From: Chiloscyllium plagiosum
Taxonomy: Eukaryota
DNA length: 64,000 nucleotides
Direction: 5' to 3'
Assembly (NCBI RefSeq): GCF_004010195.1
Contig: NC_057711.1
Coordinates: forward strand, 77,660,925 to 77,724,924
Shown here: positions 54,694-64,000 of the stretch, one piece after another
Layout: every line of letters starts with the position of its first letter
Numbering within the stretch: position 1 is the first letter of the stretch
Notes under the pieces: model-generated
The model's input: only the letters and a program-made list of their open reading frames with translations
Database searches by the model: none
Told to the model about the DNA's origin: nothing
Position numbers and translations under genes: made by a program

Positions 54694-55372
54694 TGAATGA
54701 AGTGGGAGATGGCGTGGGGCAGGGTGACACTAGGCACATGGACACACAAGATGGTCGCAGGACTACAATATGGAGAGAGACAGCAGAGCAAACACAGATA
54801 TTGCCTGGGGCCACCAGGATGCCAGCATAATGCAAGTGGGAGAGAGAATACACGAGTAGCGTATACTGCTCACTGAAGTGTCTGGGTCTAGCCAACACCT
54901 TTGGCAGAAATGCTAACTGCTTGTTTGATATGGACTTTATACAAAATGTTAATAGCTAGGGCTGCAGTAATTGTCCTTCTCAGGAAGAGCAATTAGCACC
55001 CATTAATACAGTATTGGACTTCCGCGCAGACGTTGAAATTGACAACGACTGCGATGAAACTGACAGTGTCTGCACTGAAATTAACAAAGGCTGTGCTGGA
55101 ACTGACATGGACTGCGCTGAAACTATCAACAATTCTGCAATGTTGACAATAAACAAACTATGTTGCAAAGACAATAACCTCATCACTGACCTTTTTATCT
55201 TACAAAATGTATAGAAGTATCTTGACATGTGCTCCAGGTTGAGAGAAGACTCTCAGCTGACCCCACTCTGTTGGTGTCTTTCTCTCCCCAGGGCTCTGGT
55301 ATTTTCTTGTACAATAAACATTGTCGTTGAACCCTGACTCTGACTCTGAGGCTGGTGATTCTCCCCATAACA
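54694..55372 (+). promoter_or_regulatory. 5' LTR of the ERV
   Basis: Starts TG where the flanking CR1 stops (54692 also possible); TATAGAA 55210; AATAAA 55313-55318; ends ...CATAACA two bases before the PBS. Confidence 0.8.
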
Positions 55373-55374
55373 AT

Positions 55375-55392
55375 TGACGTAGTCAGCAGGAT
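55375..55392 (+). promoter_or_regulatory. Primer-binding site, tRNA-Ser
   Basis: TGACGTAGTCAGCAGGAT versus TGGCGTAGTCGGCAGGAT (complement of the 3' 18 nt of vertebrate tRNA-Ser AGA/TGA type); 16/18, both differences G>A. Confidence 0.85.
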
Positions 55393-55694
55393 TCTTATTA
55401 CTGGTACCCTGGTTGAAGGCCACGATCGGGGGGCCGGAGTAAGAACCGATTTGTATCTGCAAACGGGAAGAGTCAGACTGGGCCAAAGACAGTTTAAAAG
55501 GTGTACCGATTGTAATGTCTAACTTGTTACAGTACTGAGTTAAAAAAAATTTAAAGTGCATGTCTGGGGAGAATATGTGTTAACTGTATTAACTGTTGTA
55601 AGAAACTGCTTCTTGTGCTGAAACAGCCAGAGGACAAGGTCGTTCCTTTCTCAAAGACCCTGCCTTCAACCAGTTGCTAAGAGGGTAGCCCCCG

Positions 55695-55731
<37 letters not shown>

Positions 55732-56359
55732 ATGCAAAGGTTGGGATTTGAAGTGGGAATTGAGGCGCCAAGAGCACTAGGAGTTGTGAAGCACCAGTGG
55801 CAGAGTCAGGTAACATTGGACTCTGTAGGCGCGAACAATGCAGAGTCCAGTTAGAGTTTCAGTTAAAAGTTGGATGCTGTTTGTACTTGCATATTTCCAA
55901 TGTGGTGAGGAAGAGGAGCTGAACACTGACCAAGAGCCAAGCTCAGTGGAGTGCATGTGAACACTGAGTAACCATGATACCCTTCAATCCGTAACAGAAT
56001 GACAGAGCTTGAGTAGAGGCGGTGGCTGGGAGAGTAAAGAGTCCCACCGGTAGAGAGCACCCCAGGCTGGAGGTAGGTTTCGGGGCCTATTGGGAAGTGT
56101 TGGGTCAGTAGAGATTGCCGGGAGGGTAGAGGAGCCCTAGTAGAGCGCACACCCTATTGAGCCAGCATTCCCAGCTGACCGGTAGGTACAGACCAGTAGT
56201 GGTGGCTGGGAGAGTAGAGAAGTCACATTGGTAGAAAGCACACCTTGCTAGGAGGCTGCTATAGGCATACAGACAGTGCTGGGACAGTATTGGTGGCCAG
56301 GGGAGTGGAGACGTTCCCACTGGTTAGGGACACTTTGCTGTTGGTGGTGTCCAGGGGGA

Positions 56360-56602
56360 CACAATCTATTAAGTGGTCGATCAGACTTTTAAGGGGGATA
56401 CTGCAGGTTCCCTTACTGAGAAGTACAAGGATTAACAGAGCAAATGAAGAAAAGTGGTTGGGATCTATCTCTGACATTAGCACAACAGAGAGAGTGGATA
56501 GATAAACAGAAACGGAATAAAACTAAAATGATAGGGGTGATGTTAGTGTACCAATTAGCAAGCCTAATTGAACAATTGAGTGCCTCCATGAGTAGGTGGA
56601 GA
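56360..56602 (+). pseudogene. gag: Probable gag N-terminal remnant
   Basis: Protein-like reading MKKSGWDLSLTLAQQREWIDKQKRNKTKMIGVMLVYQLASLIEQLS cut off by CR1 DNA; assigned by position only. Confidence 0.45.
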
Positions 56603-59442
56603 AAGTGCTCAACTACCACTAAATCAAACACCTGGCCCGGTTCATTACCAAGCACCAGATCCAGTATGACCTCCCCTCTTGTCGGCCTTTCGACATACTG
56701 TGTCAGGAAACCCTCCTGCACACATTGGACAAAAACAGATCCATCCGACATACTAGAGTTATAGCATTTCCAGTCAATGTTGGGGAAGTTAAAATCCCCT
56801 GTAATGACCACCCTGTTCCTTTCACACCTACCCAGAATCATTTTGCCGATCCTCTCCTCCACATCCCTGGAATTCTGTGGAGGCTGAAAAAAAACTCCCA
56901 GCAGTGTCACCTCTCCTATCCTGTTTCTAACATCAGCCCATACTACCTCAGTAGACGAGTCCACGTCAGAAGTTCTTTCAGTTACCGTTATGCTGTCCTT
57001 GATGAACAAGGCCACAATGAATGATCTAAACCTTGGAACCTGCAACATCCATTCCTGACCCTATTTGATCTACATCATCGAAATCCCAGGTACCTATCCA
57101 TGGTGCAAGCTCAGCTGTCTTATTTAGTAATTTCTAGTGTTGAAGTAGATACACTTCAAATCAGCTTGCTGTCTGCCAGCACATTACTGTAACCGTGAAA
57201 TCCTTCCCATGCCCTCCCTAATCTCATCCTCCTGTGCACTGGAAGTACACCCAGGTTCCCACCTAAACAGCACCAGCAAAATTTCCCACCCAGGATATTA
57301 GTACCCTGCTGGTTCAAGTGAAGACTGTCCTGTTTCTAGAGGTCCCACCTTGCCCAAAATGAGCCCCAATTATCCATTTTTAGGTATGTGAAAGGCAAAA
57401 AATTAGTTAAGACTAAAATTGGGCTGTTGAAGACAGAAACAGGGGAATATATTACGGGTAACAAAGAAATGGCAGAAGAATTGAATTGTTACTTCAGATC
57501 TGTGTTCACTGGGGAAGACACAAGCAATCTCCCTGAGGTAACAGTGGCTGAAGGACCTGAACTGAAGGGAATTTATATTTGCCAGGAATTGATTTTGGAG
57601 AGACGTTAGGTCTGAAGGTTGATAAGTCCCCGGGGCCTGATGGTCTACGCCCCAGGATACTGAAGGAGGTGGCTCGAGAAATCGTGGATGCGTTGGTGAT
57701 TATTTTCCAGAGTTCGATAAATTCGGGATCAGTTCCTGCGGATTGGAGGGTGGCTAATGTTGTACCACTTTTTAAGAAAGGTGGGATAGAGAAAGCAGGA
57801 AATTATAGACCAGTTAGTCTGACCTCAGTGGTGGGAAAGATGCTGGAGTCTATTATAAAGGAATAAATTACAACACATCTGGATAGTAGTAACAGGATAG
57901 GTCAGAGTCAGTATGGATTTATGAAGGGGAAATCATGCTTGACTAATCTTCTGGAATTATTTGAGGATGTAACTCTGAAGATGGATGAGGGAGATCCAGT
58001 AGATGTAGTGTACCTGGACTTTCAGAAAGCTTTTGATAAAGTCCCACATAGGAGGTTAGTGAGCAAAATTAGGGTGCATGGTATTGGGGACAAAGTACTA
58101 ACTTGGATTGAAAGTTGGTTGGCTGACAGGAAACAAAGAGTAGTGATAAATAGCTCCATTTCGGAATGGCAGGCAGTGACCAGTGGGGTACCGCAGGGAT
58201 CAGTGTTGGGACCGCAGCTTTTTACAATATATATTTATGATATAGAAGATGGTATTAGTAATAACATTAGCAAATTTGCTGATGATGCTAAGCTCGGTGG
58301 CAGGGTGAAATGTGATGAGGATGTTAGGAGATTACAGGGTGACCTGGACAGGTTAGGTGAATGGTCAGTTGCATAGCAGATGCAGTTTAATGTGGATAAA
58401 TGTATGGTTATCCACTTTGGTGGCAAGAACAGGAAGACCGATTACTACCTAAATGGAATCAATTTAGGTAAAGGGGCAGTACAAAGAGATCTGGGCACTC
58501 TTGTACACCAGTCAATGAAGGTAAGCATGCAGGTACAGCAGGTAGTGAAGAAGGCTAATAGCATGCTGGCCTTCATAACAAGAGGGATTGAGTATAGAAG
58601 CAAAGAGGTTCTTCTGCAGCTGTACAGGGCTGGAGACCACACCTGGAGTACTGTGTGCAGTTCTGGTCTCCAAATTTGAGGAAAGATATTCTGGTTATTG
58701 AGGGAGTGCAGCGTAGGTTCACGAGGTCAATTCCTGGACTACCTTACGCTGATAGACTGGAGCGACTGCGCTTGTATACCCTTGAGTTTCGAAGACTGAG
58801 AGGGGATCTGATTGAGACGTATAAGATTATTAAAGGATTGGACACTCTGGAGGCAGGAAACATGTTTCCGCTGATGGGTGAGTGCCAAACCAGAGTACAC
58901 AGCTTAAAATTCGGGGTAGACCATTTAGGACAGAGATGAGGAGAAACTTCTTCACCCAGAGAGTGGTGGGTGTGTGGAATGCTCTGCCCCAGAGGGCAGT
59001 GGAGGCTCAGTCTCTGGATTCATTTAAGAAAGAGTTGGATAGAGCTCTCAAGGATTGTGGAGTCAAGGGTTATGGAGATAAGGCAGGAACAGGATATTGA
59101 TTAAGCATGATCAGCCATGATCATATTGAATGGTGGTGCAGGCTCGAAGGGCAGAATGGCCTACTCCTGCACCTATTATCTATTTACCTGAAACAGTCCC
59201 TCCTGCACTGTCCTTGCAGCCATGTGTTCAACTGATATCTCTCCCTATTCCTTGCCTCGCTATCACGTGGCACGGGTTACAAACCAGAGATAACAACTCT
59301 GTTTGTTCTAGCCCTTGTCTTCTACCCTAGCTCCCTGAAATCCTGTCTTCCATCCCTATCCCTCTTTCTACGTATGTCGTTGGTACCTACGTGCACCACG
59401 ATTTGAGGCTGGTCACCCGCTCCCTTCACGACCCCGAAGACA
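56603..59442 (-). mobile_element. Internal CR1 fragment (ORF1 esterase to ORF2 endonuclease) inside gag
   Basis: ORF 56413..57048 (VITGDFNFPNIDW, LDLVLGNE); minus strand 59.35-59.44 kb reads QPQIVVHVGTNDIRRKR. Confidence 0.85.
57377..59184 (+). mobile_element. Young 5'-truncated CR1 LINE nested in the previous fragment
   Basis: Nearly open ORF2: KSPGPDG, DWRVANVVPLFKKG, NYRPVSLTS, YLDFQKAFDKVPH, GVPQGSVLGP, KFADDAK; 3' UTR present. Confidence 0.95.
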
Positions 59443-59935
59443 AGAACCACTAAGCAAATTAAAGGGGAAGGAACCTCTGAGTATGGGGAATGATTATTTA
59501 GGGTCTATCAGGAAAGCTCAGAGCAAGCAAACCCAGATGGGCGGGACCAGGCATTCATCCATGCTTTTAGAGATGGGCTCTCTGGCGCCCAACAAGCCAT
59601 CCTGAACATGGGAATAATAATGTCTCGGGGTTGTCAGTTGAGTTGGCTAGTGGGGTGCAGGAGGCAGAAGCTCTTGCAATAAAGGCAAGACCTGACAAAG
59701 TAGCCTACTGGAATGGAGGCGAGAGTAGAATACAACTACCCTGCCACAACTGTGACTGACGGGACACTTTGCTAGAGAATGTAGGGCCCTACGAGCAGAG
59801 AACAATGTAAAATATTGCAGCCATTGCAAGAGAATAGGACACTTAGAAGTGGGGTGCTGAGAAAAGCATAGGGCACCCCTAAACACCATCCGGAACACCG
59901 TGGAAGTGCCGCAATCCTGAGGTCAGCAGAGCTGA
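59443..59935 (+). pseudogene. gag: gag C-terminal part (capsid MHR and nucleocapsid)
   Basis: KQIKGEGTSEYGE*LFRVY (MHR-like); CHNC...GHFAREC (1-nt frameshift) and CSHCKRIGHLEVGC knuckles at 59742-59857. Confidence 0.8.
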
Positions 59936-62900
59936 CAACCAGCTGCCCTCATTCTTGAGGATGAGGGAGAGGGGTGAATTTACATCCCCGCAGTACAAGG
60001 AGGGAGGAAATGTGAAATGATAGTAGACACAGGAGCAGCCGTATCTATCACAAACTTACTCTTACCCCACACAAATAAACTTATTCCCTTAACTCTGGTA
60101 GGAAGAGATAAAACACAAGTATGCCTAAGCAAAACTACTCTCTTTGAGGTATATATATATATATTATTTATTTCCATGAAATTCTATGTATGCCAAAATA
60201 ATGAGGGCACCATAATGGGCAATGATCTCATGAGAGAATATCATGTTCTAATCCATTGTGGTAAAGGGAAATTGATTTGTCCCAGACACAACGGTCAAAA
60301 GACCGAGATTGGGAAACTTACAAGTCACTTTGAAACTATTAAAGTAGCTACAGTCACCAGTAGGGACTGGAACCTCAAAGCGGGGATTCGGAGCCCTTTA
60401 CACCTCTGTCCCTGGAGCATGGGCAGAAGCCACGTTTGATACAGGTGTAGTTAATATAGACCCGATAAGGGTTCCCAGAACAGAACATAAGCCCCACCGG
60501 CAATGCTCAATAAAACCTGAAGCTGAAAAAAGCAGTTGTGGGGGATAGTGAAAGGACTAGTAAAACAGGGAATCCTGAAAACCACCACAAGTACAACTAA
60601 TTCCCTGACATGGCCAGTAATAAAGCCTGATGGGAGCTACAGGCTCACCATTGATTATAAGAGTTAAATAAAATCACTCCCAAATTGCACCCCCATTGTA
60701 GCAGACTCCTCTACCATTTCATATGGCCTGGCCCCTGAACACAAGATATTTACTGTTTTAGACATAGGGTGTAGACCAGAACCTGTTGGCTTAGTCCCAG
60801 AATAAATTCACTTTTACAGTAAGGGACAGGCAGTATGCATGGACTCGCTTGCCACAAGGGTTCCACAACAGCCGTACTATTTTTCACAGGGTGATGAGCC
60901 CCATTCTGAAGAGGGTAGCACTGCTCTCGAATATGTAGATGATCTCCTAATTGCCTCAGAGTCTGAGTCAGGACACCAGGAAGCTTTATTTCGAGTATTA
61001 CAGGAATTGGCGACCACAGGGTTAAAAGTTAGCCCCACAAAGTTACAAATTGGCAAAACACAAGTCTTATACCTGGGATATCTTATATCCCAGAGACTCA
61101 AAGAAATGACCAATGACTGCGAGAAGGCAATCCAACAAATGCCACGACCTGCCACTGTCAGGGGCGTCAGGAAGGTCCTGGAACTATTCAACTACAGTCA
61201 GAGCTTTATAACAGAGTTTGCAAAATTGGCTGAACCAATCCAGAGATTAATTAAAGAAGGCAAGCCTGTCTTGGAACCTGTAATCAATCTGGGGGTCAGA
61301 ACAGGAGGAGGCATACAGTCAGCTTAAAACTTGACTCATGTCGGCCCTGGGCTAGGGCTGCTAGATCCCACCAAGGATTTTCATATCCACTGTAACAATG
61401 AGGGAGGATTTTACTCTGCAGTGGTCACTCAAGGCCACGGTAGTAGGCGAAGGCCTGTGGGGTTCTACTGTACTACAGAAGGGCCAGTAGTCACCAGGTT
61501 GCCCAGGTGCATAGCAGCCTTAGACTGCGCTGCTTGGGCTGGTAGGATTAGCGAGTCCCTCGTAATGACAGAGAATGTCAGCCTCCACACTAAGCACACC
61601 CTAGTAGAGATGCTAAACACGGGGAAACTGAGTGCCATCTCCAATATGAGAAGGGCAAAGTGGGAGGCAGTTCTTTTACCCCCAAGTCAGTCAGTGGTAA
61701 TAGTTAGGGATACGGGAGAAAACCCAGCTGAGGGAATTCTAGACACAGGGCAACCGTACAGCTGTGGGGATATAGATGGGGATGAGGATAGAGGGAGAGT
61801 AAAGGATACACCCCCCCTAGACTCAGCCAAGGAGAGCCTCTTTGTGGATGGTCATAAAAATGCACAGCAGCATCGCCCTGAACAGGATGGGCTGTGGTAA
61901 ATGATAAGTTAGAAACAGTTATGTCTGGGAGGATTGATGGAAGTCAGTCCGCACAGGTAGCAGAATTGGTAACACCTATCAAAGTATTTAAGCTAGTGAA
62001 AGGAAAAGTCATGAATATATATACAGACAATGTGCCTTTGATGTAGTCCATGATTACATGGTGGCATGGGGTAAAAGAGGGTTCATCACCGCAGGGGAAC
62101 CCCTATCAGACACCAATTAAGAATTCAGGCACTATTGTGTGCCAGTGAACCGCCAAAAGAGACTGCTGTAATAAAAATAAAAGCCCATCAAAAGAGAGCC
62201 CAGGTTGGCTAAAATTCAAAGGAAACCGGGCGGCTCAGAAAGCCCTAGAACAAGACGCCACTGACGAGGCTGCAATAGCCACTATTGAATTAGCAAAAGA
62301 CACTATCCAAATTCAGCAGCTACAGGAGGACACCATGCAGGAAAAGAGAGAGAAATGGGAACTGCAGGGGGCATTCAGAGGGTTGGATGGTGTCTGGAGG
62401 CGAGCAGACAAGGTGGTAGCATGAGCGTGTATACAGAACACATTGTTTCAACTGCTCCACGGGCTCTCCCATAGAGGTAGAGAGGCCATGATAGCAAGCC
62501 TAGGGAGAGAGTAGTGGTGGAAGGGAATGGGAAGACACATGGCCAAGTACTGCTGCAGATGCATGGTTTATGCACAACATAACCCAGGGAGACCCATAAA
62601 AGTTAGGATGAGACACCAGCCCAGACCAAAGGGACCCTGGGAACACCTTCAGATTTTACAGGGCCACTACCACCTTCTTGTGGGAAAATGTACTGCCTGG
62701 CCATCATAGACCAATTCACCCGGTGGGTAGAAGCATTCCTGACCAAAAGCTGCACTGCGACCACTGTAGCCAGAACATTAGCGGAGATGGGAGGTACCCT
62801 TCCAGATAGACTCTGACCAAGGGCCCCATTTTACAGGCAGGGTCATGAAGACTGTCTGCCAGTTACTCAGCATGAGACAAAAATTTCACATTACCATCTC

Positions 62901-63425
62901 TGAGCTGTGGGGGTGACGGAGAGAGAATGAATAGAACGCTCAAAAATGTTTTAGATAAGGCTATGCAAACCTCAGGCAGAACATGGGTTGAAGTGCTGCC
63001 AGCCATACTAAATGAGATTAAGAGCCACCATGAATCAGGCGACTGGGCTAACACCATATGAATTAATGGCTGGGTGAGCAATACAATTGCCAGAGACAAT
63101 AATCACGGTGGCACTCGTGGGTCCACTAAAAGACAAAATTCAGCCATATGTGGTAGAATTAAGTGCCCAATTGAAAGGGATACGGAAATCTGTAATTGAT
63201 AAACAGGACAAAAAGGACAAGGTAGGGGAACTCCATCTTCTCTGATGTCCCAGCAGCAGGAGGCTGCGTTCTGGTGCGAGCATTGCCTGACAAACCAGGC
63301 TTTGCCCCAAAATGGAATGGGCCATACGACGTGGTAATAAGTGGGGACACCTGTACCTGTATAGATATTAAAGGAAAAGGCACATGAAGCACTGGACCCA
63401 ACTAAAACCGTTTAAAGACTCCTAT
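59936..63425 (+). pseudogene. pol: pro-pol: protease, RT, tether, RNase H, integrase (multiple stops/frameshifts)
   Basis: IVDTGAAVS and IMGND; WPVIKPDGSYRLTIDY; WTRLPQGFHNS; YVDD 60932-60943; tether RRPVGFY; LFVDG, SAQVAEL, NIYTD, IKAH, GNRAA; H-x3-H..C-x2-C remnant; DFTGPL, DSDQGPHF, ERMNRTLK; WNGPY. Confidence 0.9.
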
Positions 63426-63591
63426 GACCAAACTAATGGCATTGACCATTCACCAGGTGCAGTCAAACGACGGGCAAGATGGTCATCCCGGGGCGAGTAC
63501 CAAAAACACAAAGAACAAACCACATATAAGCACGACTGCACCTCCTGATGAAAACAAAGACTTTGACTGATAACTTTATTTAACTGCAAAA

Positions 63592-64000
63592 ATGTATAAA
63601 CCTGTTTGTATTTTACTGTGTTTAAGTGTTGCAACTGTTGGGAGCATGTCAGGATTTGAAAATAAACTCTTCTATAAAACCCTCCTAAGTTTGCATGGGA
63701 ACCAAACTGTCTGCTACCCACTGGCGCGATTAGTGGAATCCCTATTTGTGGGCACTTTGGTGTGGACCCCTTGCTACCTGTCTACAGTAGACACCTCGGG
63801 AGCACTGTGTAAGAGGCAGAGAGGAAAGTACAAATGGGACTCCAGGGTAGATGCATGCAGCTGGGCAGGACCACTGGTTCATGGGACCGGGCCCCCCAGC
63901 CTAGGGTAGAGAAGACCCATTTAAAACCTGATAACTACCCACTCTGTTTCACAGGGCAGGGTTAGGGATGCGTTTATGCCCTAGTTACCTAAAAATTACT
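63592..64000 (+). pseudogene. env: env-position ORF (putative envelope SU N-terminus), incomplete
   Basis: ATG downstream of integrase; hydrophobic signal-like MYKPVCILLCLSVATVGS; NQT sequon; Cys/Trp-rich; stop at 63907-63909. Confidence 0.65.

Larger units (their letters stand above)
54694..64000 (+). mobile_element. Endogenous retrovirus, decayed provirus running off the window end
   Basis: Ordered LTR-PBS-leader-gag-pro-RT-tether-RNaseH-IN-env-like ORF. Confidence 0.9.

Noticed and set aside
55035..55141. CRISPR-like reading of the regular repeats
   Set aside because: Eukaryotic context, contiguous degenerate units, no spacers, no cas genes
55014..55214. Cys/Asp-periodic 66-aa ORF in the LTR
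   Set aside because: The 7-residue periodicity follows directly from the 21-bp DNA repeats; it starts at TTG and has no independent coding evidence
38964..55731. Long poly-C runs (about 38964-39002, 49464-49489, 54411-54475, 55688-55731) as G-quadruplex elements or poly-Gly ORFs
   Set aside because: They lie inside repeats; homopolymer expansion or sequencing error is more likely and lengths are unreliable
57388..59100. Active autonomous reverse transcriptase gene
   Set aside because: 5'-truncated CR1 with several stops and frameshifts
50228..64000. VPS13A exon 5
   Set aside because: No IKYD-like continuation with splice sites was seen; presumably beyond the window

Overview
Vertebrate genomic DNA, very probably from an elasmobranch (shark), judged from HE1-like tRNA-derived SINEs and dense CR1/HER1-like LINEs. 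The window holds the CpG-rich promoter and coding exons 1-4 (100, 44, 43 and 96 nt; + strand) of a VPS13A/C-family gene, best read as VPS13A. Its large introns are packed with CR1 LINE fragments, SINEs, Penelope-like elements carrying minimal hammerhead-ribozyme motifs, and solo LTRs. A tRNA-Gly(TCC)-like gene with a shortened anticodon loop lies upstream. The most notable object is a decayed endogenous retrovirus in intron 4 (about 54.7 kb to beyond the window end, sense orientation). It has a 5' LTR with 21-bp U3 repeats and a hairpin at the predicted +1, a tRNA-Ser primer-binding site and a long repeat-containing leader. Its gag (MHR plus two CCHC knuckles) has a middle replaced by nested CR1 DNA. 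An in-frame UGA-CAA-CCA gag/pro junction is followed by protease, YVDD reverse transcriptase, tether plus RNase H, integrase and the start of an env-position ORF. Repeat boundaries are approximate and read by eye; no database searches were run.
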